A stretch of 64,000 bases of DNA, taken from Monocercomonoides exilis PA203 (taxonomy: Eukaryota; Protista; Preaxostyla). Position 1 is the stretch's first letter; each line of letters opens with the position of its first letter. Positions 1 through 12,132 of the stretch are shown piece by piece. The position numbers and the translations under genes are program-made. The stretch covers positions 868,001 to 932,000 of the forward strand of contig LSRY02000002.1 of NCBI GenBank assembly GCA_001643675.2. Reading direction: 5' to 3'. The notes under the pieces are model-generated. The model saw only the letters and a list, made by a program, of their open reading frames with translations, did no database searches and was not told where the DNA came from.

Positions 1-142
1 CTTTTACAACTTCTTCTTTTCCTGTTGCTTGTTGTGGCTGGAGAAAAGGATTTGCTGCAGATAGTCCTTCGTCTAAATCGTCTGCAAGCGATAGAGGATC
101 GAGTAGAATTCGAGAACTTGAAGGTTTAGATGAAGCAGTCAT
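1..142 (-). CDS. 5' end of a hypothetical protein running off the window start
   Basis: ATG at 142 on the minus strand opens MTASSKPSSSRILLDPLSLADDLDEGLSAANPFLQPQQATGKEEVVK with no stop before base 1. It is GC-richer than the flank and divergent from the gene at 403. Confidence 0.6.
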   Translation of the reverse strand, partial: MTASSKPSSSRILLDPLSLADDLDEGLSAANPFLQPQQATGKEEVVK

Positions 143-402
143 ATCAAATTTCAATGAATCAATTGTCTTTAAAATACAGAAAATAAATTGCATATATTAA
201 ATTATATTGTAAAGATAAAATATAAATGCTGAATAACATTTGCAAACCACTGAAAAATCGAAATAACAATCCGATTTCTCCGCAAAAATATAATAAAGGG
301 AAAGTTGTTTCATGTGAAAAGTATTACACCAGAATAATATTCAAATAGTGACTTTGTCAATTGAGTTGGTGCAACATGTGTTTTTGATATGAAAACCATT
401 AA

Positions 403-2054
403 ATGTCAATTGATTCATCGATCAAAGAAGCAGCAAAGAAAGTTCTTTCTGCTCAAAATACAGAGATAGGAGGGATTGCCCGTCTGTATCAATTCAAAGG
501 AGATAACTGGGCTTTCTCTGGCATATATGGAATTGTTGCAGTCTATGGAAAAGATGATATTCAATTTCTTGGAATTCTGAATCCCGAAATTTCAACTTAT
601 CCACTCATATTTGAGTTTGAGTGTGTGGTGAAATTTAAGTTATTTCATTTTTCTCGAGTATTTTCAATCTGAACATATTTTCTTTTTCCAGGCTATCAGA
701 ACATGAAACTTACAAGTTCAAATGATAACTTTCTTCATTTTTTTGTCGATGATTGCTGGATGGGATTACTTTTTGTTGAATCAAAAGAATGCAAATCATT
801 TTTACAGTCGTTTAATTCATTCAAAACAAAGGCAAAAGGAGGATTTTTTAGCAAAATATTTGGAAAGAAAGAAGAGCTTGTTATTGGGGCTCCTACTGAT
901 TTTAGTCAAGGCTTAGGTTTTTCATATCAATCACGATCACTACAAGGTATCAATCCAACTTTAAAAGAAGTTGCAAAATCAGGGGGTCTCACCGATGATG
1001 ATCTTCTAAATGATCAAGAATTAATGACATTTTTGATGAAGCTTTCGCAAAAATATAACAAAGATGACGACGTTCATGTCGAAGACGCAGAAAAGATGGC
1101 AGACTTGGTCGAGAAGTGTGAAAAGAAAAAAAGAGATAGATTACGATATCAAGCACCAGCAACAAATCCTTCACAGTCATCAATACCTGTTGCTCCTCCT
1201 TTGGGATCCGTTTCCTCTTCATCTTCCCCTTCTGCCAATTCTACTATTCCAGTTGCACCTCCACTTCCTGCTGCTGGAGCTGCGCCTGCTAAGCCTTCAT
1301 TTCCAATGCAGCAACCACCACAATCTTCTCCAAAGCAAACATCTTTCAATCCACAGCCAAAGGCAACCGGGTGGCAACGGCCCGGTAAGACAATGGGACA
1401 GGCACCAATTCTTCCTGCTCCCAGGCAATCAAGTGGATCGGTTCCTATTGCTCCTCCTCTTCCTGCGGCAGGTTCGGTTCCTGTGGCTCCTCCACTCTCT
1501 AGCGGATCTGTTCCAATAGCACCTCCTTTGCCAGCTGCAGGCTCCGTTCCTGTGGCTCCACCTTTACCAGCAGCAGGCTCAGTTCCGGTTGCGCCGCCTT
1601 TGCCAGCTGCTGGGTCCGTGCCTGTTGCGCCTCCTCTTCCTGCAGCAGGTTCAATTCCTGCTGCGCCTCCCGTTTCAAAGTCTTCTATTCCAACTGCTCC
1701 TGCTGTTAAAAGTTCTTCATCAAGTTCGTCATCTTCAAGGCATGAACCACATAAGCCAGAAGGCATTCCTACAGATGTTCATTCTAATTTCTTATCAGGA
1801 ATTCAGAACTTTGATCCAAAAAGATTAAAGAAAACAACTCCGAATCCGCGACCAAAAGTTGCACCAAAAGCTGGTGGAATGGGCGGAGGAATGGGAGGGG
1901 GCATGGGCGGTGGTCCAATGGGAGGTAACAGCGCACTTCTTGCTGCTCTTGCTCGTCGTCAACAGTGTGATTTAGCTTTTATAATTTTTTTCAAATTTTT
2001 AATTATTTTATTAACAAATATTTCACATTTAGGAAAATGCAACAACAATCATAA
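403..2054 (+). CDS. WASP-like actin regulator (WH1/EVH1, CRIB-like, Pro-rich, WH2), 3 exons
   Basis: Introns 623-691 and 1965-2032 (GT-AG) join the ORFs. The WH1 signature reads FEFECYQNMKL...FLHFFVDDCWMGLLF, followed by CRIB-like IGAPTDF, PPLP repeats, WH2 FLSGIQNFDPKRLKKT and central helix ALLAALARR. Spliced end is QKMQQQS-TAA at 2052-2054. Confidence 0.8.
1435..1672 (+). repeat. Coding tandem repeat, 36-bp/12-aa unit GSVP(V/I)APPLPAA, about 6-7 copies
   Basis: Visible in the translation of ORF 703..2136. Third codon positions differ between units while the amino acids are kept. Confidence 0.9.
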
Positions 2055-2132
2055 CCTTTTAATAATTTTTATGTTTTTGATGTTACATATTAATTTCTTC
2101 AATATGTATATTGTGATCTTTTATGTAAAATT

Positions 2133-4673
2133 ATGATAATTCTTTTATGTGGCCTTCCTGGTTCTGGGAAATCTTGGGTCGCGAAAAAGCTTGTTGATTT
2201 GTTTAAAGAAAAAAAAATATTTTCTCAGTGCTATTTATTTGATTTAGATAGCATACTCAGTGAAATTCTTTTAAAAGACAATGAAAAACGATTTTCTCCA
2301 GAACTTTGGAAATTGGCCGAAGAGCAATTATATTCAAAGGTTGTTAGTACAATTCAAAGGCACCAACTTCAAAAAGAAATCGAATTGCATTCTTCATTTG
2401 CTATTGTGATTGACGACAATCATCAATATTTTAGTATGAGGCAGCGCTATCGCCGCCTTTCAATTCAATCTAAATTACCATATTGTATATTATATATTCA
2501 ATCTTCTCTCAATGCGTGCATTTTGCGTGATGATAAGCGTGCCACTCCAGTTGGAAAAGATATTATTCGAAAGATGAATGAAGATTTTGATATTCCAGAC
2601 TCCAGAGAACGAAATGTCTTACTCGTTTCCAATGATAATTATAGCGAAATATATTTTAACCAAATTATTGATTTTTTAGAGGAAAAGAAAACAGATATTG
2701 AATCTGGAATAAATACCGAAATAATCAATAAAGAAAGAGAAAAAGATCGCCAAAAAACATTTGAAAGCATAAATCATAAAGTGGACTTATGTTCAAGGAA
2801 GGTCCTTACAATTATAACTTCGTTGATAAATAAAATGAGCAAGGAACAGCGTGGAAAATCTGATTTAAGCAGATTTATTTCAAATCTAAATGAAACTCGC
2901 CGTAATTTATTAAATTTCGCAAAGCACTGTGCGTTACAGGAACATTTCATTGAAATTCTTAACAATCATTTGGCCGTTCAAGTGAATCATTCAATCTGTT
3001 TTGATTCGCAGGATATTATTTATCAAAATTTAATCATTTGTGCTTTCTCTCTTTTTGTTGCAGAGCAATTTTGCATAACTTTGCTTCAAGAACAAGAGAA
3101 AAAACAGATGGAAATAAAGCAGAGCGCAATGAAGCGATTGTTTCATCACAATTACATTGCTATTGGAGTTGAAGGAGCCACATGTTCAGGGAAGAGTACG
3201 TTAAGCTTGATGCTTCACTTAATTTTTGAGACAGCAGCATTATTTAAAAAACTACATTACGAACCTTCATCGCCTTTTCTTTCTCAAACTACTGCGAAAC
3301 CAGAGCAGCCTTTATTATTGTCATCTTCGTCTTCTCCATCATCTTCATCTTCATCTTCATTAACGCCTTCGTCTTCGCCTTCGTTGCCTCTTTCTTCTTC
3401 TTCTACTTCTCCAACTGACTATTTATCGGAATCACCATCATCACACATTTCAACAGCATCGATATCAACCTGCTTGTCTCTTGACGATTATTGCAAAGCA
3501 GAAGATAAAATAACTTCTCGTGTTGACCTTCCTCTTCCACTTCATTTCAGTGAAGACGATTCTCCACAATCAATTCTTGTCCCTCTTCATGCTGACATCG
3601 ACAAAAATAGTGAAAAAGCACAAGATCAAGCTTCAGATGCATTATCATCGTCTTCATCACAGCCAGCTGTTCCATCTTCTTATCCATCTTCAACTGAGAC
3701 ATTAGCAAAAGAAAGGCATCTGAAGGCAATCAATTGGGATAGCGAAAATGCATTTGACTTTGATTCACTTTGCAAATCAATTGTTCAGTGGAAAGAAAAG
3801 AAGAATCAAGAAAGCCCAAATTTCAGTGAAGACGGAAAAGAAGATGATGCAATTCATTCTTCTTCAATTTCTGTGATTGTTGATCCAATGCAAGATTTTC
3901 TCTTTCGCTTTCTGATTGTGGAAGGTATATTACTTATGGCAGACCAAAGAATACCTCGCCTATGCGATTCTTTTATTCATTATTGTTCAAATAATCCTGC
4001 CCGAATTGCTCAATTGTGGGAACGCAGAAAGCAACGAGCCAAAAAAAGTTTAGTTGAACCCTCTAAAGAATGCATTGAAAAGGAGTTATCTTCTTCTTCA
4101 AGCGAGTGTTCTTCAGCATCTTCAGAAAAAGAAACCTTTCAAACAGTTGTATCAGATCAAGATTTATCTCATTTTGTGTATAGTTATCCTGATAGTTTGG
4201 AATATTGGAGAACATCAATTCTTCCATCATTGTTAAATAATGAACAGTTAATTCATTCAAGTGATGAAGATTCTTCTTCGCTAAAAATCTGTTGCAAAGG
4301 CAGAGAAAATGAAAATCTTACTCAAACAGAATTTGTTTCAAGAATCAAGATTCTTAAAACGGCTAAAATTCCTTCACAGGAGCAGATGATAAAGGATATT
4401 ACAGCATTTGATATGAAAAATTGGATTTCAAATCCATTGAAATCTGATGAAAAACCCATAGATAATTGTCATTCAGTAAATATTTCTCTTTCAATCGAGC
4501 AATTTGAATCAAATTCGCATTCCTCAGAAATGTGCGTATCAGATAAATTTAATGCAATTAAAGATAACATATTTTATTCCATGGGAATTGCTTCTTTTGT
4601 GATTTTAGAGGAGATTATTCCAACAGTATTTTCTCGTTTTTTTGAAGATTATTTTGAAATATACAAAGATTGA
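2133..4673 (+). CDS. PSTK: O-phosphoseryl-tRNA(Sec) kinase fused to a nicotinamide riboside/uridine kinase-like domain
   Basis: N-terminal LLCGLPGSGKS P-loop, IDDNHQYFSMR and INHKVDLCSRK match eukaryotic PSTK motifs. A second P-loop IGVEGATCSGKSTL is followed by SLDDYCK, NWDSENAFD, LIVEGILL, RRKQR and YPDSLEYWRTSILP, the NRK-type motif order. Single uninterrupted ORF. Confidence 0.75.
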   Translation: MIILLCGLPGSGKSWVAKKLVDLFKEKKIFSQCYLFDLDSILSEILLKDNEKRFSPELWKLAEEQLYSKVVSTIQRHQLQKEIELHSSFAIVIDDNHQYFSMRQRYRRLSIQSKLPYCILYIQSSLNACILRDDKRATPVGKDIIRKMNEDFDIPDSRERNVLLVSNDNYSEIYFNQIIDFLEEKKTDIESGINTEIINKEREKDRQKTFESINHKVDLCSRKVLTIITSLINKMSKEQRGKSDLSRFISNLNETRRNLLNFAKHCALQEHFIEILNNHLAVQVNHSICFDSQDIIYQNLIICAFSLFVAEQFCITLLQEQEKKQMEIKQSAMKRLFHHNYIAIGVEGATCSGKSTLSLMLHLIFETAALFKKLHYEPSSPFLSQTTAKPEQPLLLSSSSSPSSSSSSSLTPSSSPSLPLSSSSTSPTDYLSESPSSHISTASISTCLSLDDYCKAEDKITSRVDLPLPLHFSEDDSPQSILVPLHADIDKNSEKAQDQASDALSSSSSQPAVPSSYPSSTETLAKERHLKAINWDSENAFDFDSLCKSIVQWKEKKNQESPNFSEDGKEDDAIHSSSISVIVDPMQDFLFRFLIVEGILLMADQRIPRLCDSFIHYCSNNPARIAQLWERRKQRAKKSLVEPSKECIEKELSSSSSECSSASSEKETFQTVVSDQDLSHFVYSYPDSLEYWRTSILPSLLNNEQLIHSSDEDSSSLKICCKGRENENLTQTEFVSRIKILKTAKIPSQEQMIKDITAFDMKNWISNPLKSDEKPIDNCHSVNISLSIEQFESNSHSSEMCVSDKFNAIKDNIFYSMGIASFVILEEIIPTVFSRFFEDYFEIYKD

Positions 4674-4762
4674 TATATTTTCACTTCTTTTTAAAATATA
4701 TATTAAAAGTTTTGATGTGATTTTTTTGATCGTAGTTCTACAATTAATGCGATTTAAAAAAT

Positions 4763-7700
4763 ATGAGCCAAATCCTTAATGAGGAGCAATTAGTTCTTGC
4801 TAGATATTTTATTGAAGATTGTTCAGATCAGTTGGATATCGGCACACAAGCAAAATGGGAAAAGATTTGTTTCGACTCAGTGAAGCATATTTTTCTTCAG
4901 GAATCTTCATACAAGATGCTCCCACATATGCTTGCTATTCTGAGCAGAATACAACTTCAATCAAAAAAGCATCTTATTGAAGAAATAGTTCTTCTTTTGG
5001 AAATGTTTTTGTCTCCAAGGTTTGAAATCATTTTAATTTTTGAAGGATGTATCATTTTCAGAATAAATTTAGTTCAGTCTCTTGATGTAATGCTAGTTCT
5101 TTCGAGAATGAAAATTCATCCTATTCCTCTTCTAAAGTCGTTTCTTTTTCGTCTTAGAGAAAAAGAACCAGAATCTGTTCTCAGCTCAGTAAATTCTGAC
5201 TCAATATGCTTTTGTTCGAAATTGATAATATTTTTTGAAGGAATGATTGGAATGATAATTCAAGCGCTGCACGCAACATTGCAAGCAGAAAACGAAGTTG
5301 TGCAAAGTTTTTTCGGTGGAGGTTATAAAGCATCTGTAACTCAATTTTGGGCAAAAGAAGTTGATGCTTTGTGTTCTGTCTTAAAAACTCTTTTGCTCAC
5401 ATCCCTAACAAATACAATTGAGGAGCAAGAAACAATCGGATCAGAAAGGAATGTTAACGATTCATTGATGATGAACACGCAACTGTCTTCAAGAGGATTT
5501 GAACTCTATGGAGATTTAAATGATCTCCAGCCATCGCAATTAACATCACAGCTTCGGCAAAGCAAAGCAAACAAAAGGCGTCATCATACAGCTACAGTTG
5601 TGCGAGCTGTTCACTTTGTGACAGGAGTGTTATGGAATAAGAGAGGAGATGAAGAATATGAAGGATCTCGGGAGCTGGTTGATCTGTGCTTCCGTTTCAT
5701 TATCATTCTCGTTCCATTTGCATTGTGTAATCCATTAAAGGCATTTTCAACAGCAATTCCTGGTTCGAAAGAGGTTGCGGCTTCCATTCAGGATTGCTTT
5801 GCAACTTTGTTAGAGAAGATTATTAAGCTTTTGACTGCAGCTTCCCAAAGGCAATCGCACAACCAACTCTCGTTTTTGATTAAAACGCGCTCAGTGGCGA
5901 TGCTGTGGGATCTGTTTGAGTTTATCGAATTAGAAAAAAGAAGGAGGCAGACAGAAGAAAAAATAAGAGAAAATGAAATGAATGAGCAGGACTTTCAAAG
6001 AAAAGAAGCAAATGCAAAGAAAATGGCAGGAATGAGCATGTCAGATAGATTGGATGACCAATTGTTAGTCAATGAAGAGTCAGAAAGAGAATGGCAAAGC
6101 AGCAATCAAAATAAAATACCTCCGAATCCTGTGCTGGCAATCGACCTTAGCTGGATCATATCGACTCTTTATGGTTTGTTCATCAATCTCATATTTATTT
6201 ATTTATTTATTTATTTTTGTTTATAATGAAACATATCATTTTTTTGTTTACAAAAACTTGGATATCTCAACATATCAATAACATATTTTTTCATCAATCA
6301 AAAATTGTGAAGATTCTTCTGTTTCCATTCGTTCTATGGGGCTTCGCGGGATTTGCAGGACTTTTGTTCCATTGATGGAGCAGCACACATCAACCGCTTT
6401 TTTGTCATCATCATCATCTTCTTCTTCTTCTTCTCTTTCTTCCTCTTCCTCCTCATCAGCCCAGCCGCTTCTATCCGATTCTGAGCAAGCCCTGGACATT
6501 CTTCTGTCTCTTCTCCTCGCCAACACGCCAGTCACTACGCGATCTCTGTATGAAATGGCACTGCTGTTGAGTTCAGAGGCTGAGGAGCTGCCGATGGATG
6601 CCAACGAGCACAAGAGCCAGAAAAGAGGAAGGAGCATGAAGATCATTGACGATGATGTGGACGAGAACGAAGAGGAGGAAGAGGAGGAGGAAGGAGAGGA
6701 TGAAGGCAATGACGATAATTCCTTCAGAAGTGTCAATAGAGAAAAGAATGTTTATTTTCGGCCTTCTTTTCATTCTTCTTCTTCTTCTTCTTCTTCTTTT
6801 CAAACTCCTTCTTTTGGTTCACAACCTCAACCATCTTCTCAGCATTCATCTCAATTTTCATCTCTTCCTCGTTCTTTGAATCCAGAAAGCCGGAAAGTCA
6901 ATTGCGAAAGACTCCAAACACTTCACGAGATGGTCGAACTGTTTCCGTTTAATTCTGCTCCTGTTGAATTCATTTCAACTTCTGCCTCTTCTTCTTCGAC
7001 TTCTGCTTCTGCTTCTGCTTCTGCTTCTGCTTCTGCTTCTGCTTCTGCTTCTGCTTCTTCTTCGTCTGAAAATGAGAAGCTACTTTACAAACTTCCAGAT
7101 TCTGATGTGGCTTTGCTAATTCTTTTCTTTGTTTCCTTTGCTGCTTCCTCCATTTCGCAAACAAACACACGCCTTCGCCAGTCAACTCTTTCATCATCAT
7201 CTTCTTCCTCTTCCTCTTCCTTCTCCTCCTCTTCTTCTTCTTCTTCTCCACTCCCCTCCAGCGAGCCCAACACCCTCCATCTTCTGATCGCAAACACCAT
7301 CGTGCTCATCGTCGTTGACTACATCGACCAGTACGGCTCAGTCGTCCCTCCTTCTCTCCTGTCCATGTGGAGCGTGTTCCGGCAGTCGCAGCAGCTGACC
7401 CGCCAAACAGCGCCGTTGATCGGCAGAGGCGCTCCGATGCACTTTGCGACGCTGCCGCCCACACAGCCGGCGATGGGCGGTGGTTCTGCTGCTGCTGCTG
7501 AGAAAGGGGGAAGGAGAAAGAAGGGAGGGAAGAATGAGAGGAATGATAAATTCACAGGCAGACTGAACGAGACAGAAGATGCAATCGAAGAAGAAAGCGC
7601 AGGGAAAGAAGGGATGCTGTGGAGTGGTGTAGGCCATTTTACCGAACAAAAACACGCTCCGAACAGAGAAGCTCAAAATTCACTTGCTCCTTCTTCTTCT

Positions 7701-8261
7701 TCGTCTTCGTCTTCGTCACCGCTTGCCCGTCAAGGCACCAGATTCTCGTCTTCTCCTTGGCAGCCATTTGCATCTACACAGATACAAACAGCTTCAAATG
7801 GGCAAACATCACCATCTCCGCGTTATCCACCGCAGAAAGAGCAAATGTTCCGTTCGTTCACATCTCCGTCTCCTGACCGAAGCGATGAGTCGATTATCAG
7901 TTTTGTCTCTTCTTCTTCTGCTTCTGCTTTTCCTTCTTCTCCTTCTGCTTCAGTAACTGCCAAAGCCAAAAACCCCAACATTTCCCCGTTTCCTTCCAGA
8001 ACTCGTTTGCCTTCACTTTCATTCGCCGAATCATCGAACATCTCATCGCAGCCTTCGTCACATAATTTTCCGTCTTCAGTTTCTCCGGCCATTCAGCTGC
8101 ACACGCCTTTGTTTCTGTTCAGGCGCAAAGTGAACTTCCTGGTGAGTTTGGTGCCTGCTTCGCTGCATTCTATAATTATCGAGTGCATCATTGCAAATTG
8201 CGGGTACAGGGCAACGATAAACCAGAATTTTATCTCTGAACTTCTATCGTTCGATATGTGA
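4763..8261 (+). CDS. Hypothetical helical-repeat (HEAT/ARM-like) protein with Ser-rich inserts
   Basis: ORFs 4763.. and 6336.. join in frame through intron 6174-6312 (LY|DSSVSIRSMGLRGI). There is a probable extra 42-nt intron at 5020-5061. Leu-rich amphipathic segments, no firm family motif. Confidence 0.6.
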
Positions 8262-9153
8262 ACGGGGTATTCCAGGAGTTTATATTTTTGTGATTGTTTC
8301 TTAGGTTTTTTTTTTTTCTTCTTCAAATAAGGCAGCAGAAATACGTGATTTATTCATATTCTTTTATTTGTTGTAATTGTACACACTAAAAAAAAAAAAA
8401 AAAAATCCAATGAGTTTAAATTGATTGAACATTCTTTTATGATTTTTTATTTTTAATTTTTTGATATGATAAAAATCCAAAATTTTTGTATTCAAATAAT
8501 TCATGAAAGTGGAAAAAATAAAAAGTGAAAATTGATTCATCAATTAAATTATCAGAAATAAATCAATAACAATAATTTTTTTATTAATAATAATAAAGTA
8601 TTATCAATACTAAAAAGAATATATAAATATTTAAGAAAGCGCCAAATTTCAAAATCGAAAAAATGCAAAAATAAAATAAAATAAAACTTCAAAAATCTGA
8701 AAAAATGTCAACAAAAACAATTAAAAAAAAAAGCTTAAACAAAAAAATCTTAAAAAAATACACGTTTCATTGTCCAAGTCAGCCGCTAATTGAAACAATA
8801 AGCAAAAGAAATTTATTTCATTAGTAAAAAAAGTAAAAATAGAAGCTAAAAATATGAAATGAATTACAATGGATTGAGAAGACAAGCATCCAAAACACAA
8901 ATTGTGAATGATAAAAAAACATCGTTCAACACTAATTTTTGAATGCGATACGAGTCGGAAAGTGCTTTCAGTTTATTCTTTTTCTTGTTCTTGACACATT
9001 ACCATAGTTTCCATCCATGTTCAATTCCATATTAATCAAAACATTATCTGGTTCACAAGTTGACGGGTTAATTACAAGATAAATCCATTGTTGGCTATTA
9101 TTTTCCAAAGTTTGCTTCAAAAGCCCGGGGAAACACAGCAATATTTCTTCGAG

Positions 9154-10822
9154 TTATGCGGAGGAATTCGATTTAACTGAAGATTTTAAATGCGGAAAAT
9201 CTTCGGAGTCGGCATAGCACGGAACAAGAGATACATAATTAATATCAAGTCCGGGTGATTCTGAATCGCTTTTACCTTGATCATCCGAATTGAATAATTT
9301 CACATTCGGAGATGAACATAATAAACCGTCAGATTCAATACTATTTTCCAGCCATTTCCTTGGCGGATTTGAAATTGAATAGAAAAAGGGCGAAAGCGTC
9401 GTACACAGAAATGAAAGCATTGCAGGTGACACCAACTTCGTGGGAGGAGATTGTTTGGACATTGCAATTTTATCTGGATCGAAACAATCAAATTCGTTCT
9501 TTTGAATATTTTGAGTTGTGACTTCTTCAAAGCCAAGTCCAAATTTTGATTTTACGAATATTGTAGAGTCTGCCTGACTCTGTTGTTTTTGATATTTTTC
9601 TCGATTGATGAGTGTTTTTGAAATTGATGACGCTTCAGAATGTTCCTTTGAAACATATGCTAGAAATGTGTTCGAAGAATTCGTGCTATGGGAACATGAA
9701 CTGTTAATAGTTGTATGTGATATAGTTTGTTTTTTGCGCTTTTGCAATTCTTCAAAATCAGCCAAAGCCAACGGCTTCAAATCTGGTCTTTTCCGAAGAT
9801 AATGAAGGATAGAACTTATATCAACAGCACTAGATACAGTCAGGAACTGTAGAGTTGCTTCAAAGTGATCTTCAACCTTATTAATAGATCTGTCTATCAA
9901 AAGATCAAATGGTTTTACTGTGCTCACAAGCTCGTTCAGAATTGAATCACTTTCATCGTCTATCTTAACTTCTGTCGTAAATAAAGATAGCAATTTTACA
10001 GCTTCTCTAACGTCTCGAATATGTAATTTCCCTCTTCGTAATTCCCGAATTCCACTAACATCTTTCATGAAGAGTTCTCTTTCTTTACAATCTTTCATAA
10101 CGTGACAACCTCCGCAATATAAACATTGTTTTCGCTGACGATCTCCAAAAATCAAACGAGCAGCCTCTTTAAGTTCAACAAGCTCCAAGGTATTTGGATG
10201 AAAGATAGTGTTAAATGCATCAACCACAAGAGAAGCATCGTTTGGATCATAAAACTCTACAAACCATAAAGATCTTCCAGTTGAATGATGATAATATCTC
10301 TTTGAGAAAACAATTTGTTTTTCTGTGCTTAGTCTTTCTATTTGAAATTGATTCAATTTCCCTTTATCGGGTATATGGGCCTTGTCATAAGTAATTAAAG
10401 ACTTCCGTATTATGTTGTCTTCATCTTCGGAAGGATACAGAGCGCTATTTGCTTTCACAATTATATCCCCGTCCATAACAATAACACAACGAGGTCGATA
10501 TTCTTTAATTATGTTCACTTCAGTTCCTGGTAAAATTTGTACAGTCCTGGGAATTTCATTTGCCAAATTGATTTTTTTGTTGAAGAAAATATGAGCGCTT
10601 TTTTCTGAATATCCGAAAGAAATTATTCGTCCATATTTTGAAAAGTAATTACATAGAACATCTCCTGATGGCAAGTGACAAGAGCCATTTGCGGAAACAT
10701 GAACACCAACTAAAAATAAAATGATAAAATAACAATAAATAAAGAAAAACAACAACAAACATTGGTCAGGGAGAAATCGATACAGATTATTGTAAATAGA
10801 AAAGTGGTTTGAATCAGTCATA
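9154..10822 (-). CDS. RRM and CCHC zinc-knuckle nucleic-acid-binding protein
   Basis: RRM-like LCNYFSKYGRIISFGYSEKSAHIFF, a second RNP-like WFVEFYDPNDA and CLYCGGCHVMKDC (CX2CX3HX4C). Probable intron 10760-10710. Start uncertain; first ATG is near 10822. Confidence 0.65.
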
Positions 10823-12132
10823 AATATACTTTTATGCAACTGTTAAAGGATTAATCAAAGTACCCTTAATAATTTAAATGTTGCTGTTTTTGTCGGATGA
10901 TGAATCTTGTTTAATTTATATCAAAAATTCAATTGCAATGTATTATCATTATCATAGGTGATATCAAAAAGGATTTTTTTGATTGTCAATATTACTTATG
11001 GTTATTTTGTTGGTGTATAATTTATTCTGAACAAAAATAATAATTGAATGAACATTATGTTTTGTTAATTTTTCTTTATCTAACTTATGTTTTCAGACAC
11101 GACTTATATTTAAAAGATGGATTCATATTTATTTGAAAGTATTTGACAGAAGTTGATAAGAAAAATTAAATCATCAAGAATTATCATTCTCTTTTCACAA
11201 TCATTTTTTTTCTAAATGATATTCTTGTGAATTTAATAAATATATAAATAAATATTTTTTTATTAATATAATTCGATTTAATTGATTTTTTTCTCCAAAA
11301 AATTATTTTTGATTTCTTTATATGAATTTCTGTTCCAGTTCACAAAATATTACCAGAATGAAAATAAAAAAGTTGGATCGAAATCACAAAATCTCTTTTT
11401 TAAATCATGAAATTTTTTTGTTAACTGGTAAATGCATCAAAATTTAAGCGTTATCCTCCAAAAATGGTTTTGAGTAGATGTGACAGAGTTCTTTCATTTA
11501 TGAAAATTTCAATGATTTGTTCCAAACTTTTACAGCAATTTTATGATTATTATTCCAAAATTGAAGTGAAATATTAAATATGAAAATAAAAAAATCGAAA
11601 AAAATCTTTGAAAGAACTGCGTGGAACAAAATTCATAAAACAAAAAATTTTATCCCAGATAAGAAAACTCCCTTATTGTATTTTTATTCCTTCTATTGTT
11701 TCTATGTTGCAATAATCCGCAATTTCTCTAATAAAAAAAAACATCTTTCAAATATTTGAAAGTTATGCCTATTTACTAAGGATAATATTTTCATTTATGC
11801 GACTCATGTCCGACATTTTAAAGTGTGAAAAGACGTGCAAATTTTTTTAATAATTAAAAAAAAAAATAACAATGATCAAAGTAAAAATATTATTTTTAAC
11901 AAATTGTTTCCTTCCAATATGAAAAGAGCTTGAATATGCTCAAGGGTCAACATTTGGGGCCCGAGCTTTCGGCATTCAAACAGCAAAAAGATATGGCATA
12001 CCGACAATAACTTGCAGAGCACGCAAGACAGAAAAGGATACGGACAATACACTACGTGTCAGACAACGATCACAAAATAGATATCCCTTTTTTTTTTACT
12101 TCTTTTCCTCTTTTCACCAAGCAAACCTTGTC

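Noticed and set aside
314-325. GTGAAAAGTATT upstream of ATG 403 and again at 39386-39397 upstream of ATG 39511
   Set aside because: A shared AT-rich 12-mer is expected by chance in 64 kb; only two instances.
1435-1672. 36-bp periodic repeat as a possible CRISPR array
   Set aside because: No unique spacers; it is an in-frame Pro-rich coding repeat in a eukaryotic gene.
5590-5650. VVRAVHFVTGVLW resembles a tuberin (TSC2) N-terminal motif
   Set aside because: One short motif only and no RapGAP domain; needs a profile search.
9154-10839. RRM plus CCHC resembling LINE ORF1 or Gag
   Set aside because: No reverse transcriptase or endonuclease nearby, no LTR or TSD, and a probable spliceosomal intron.
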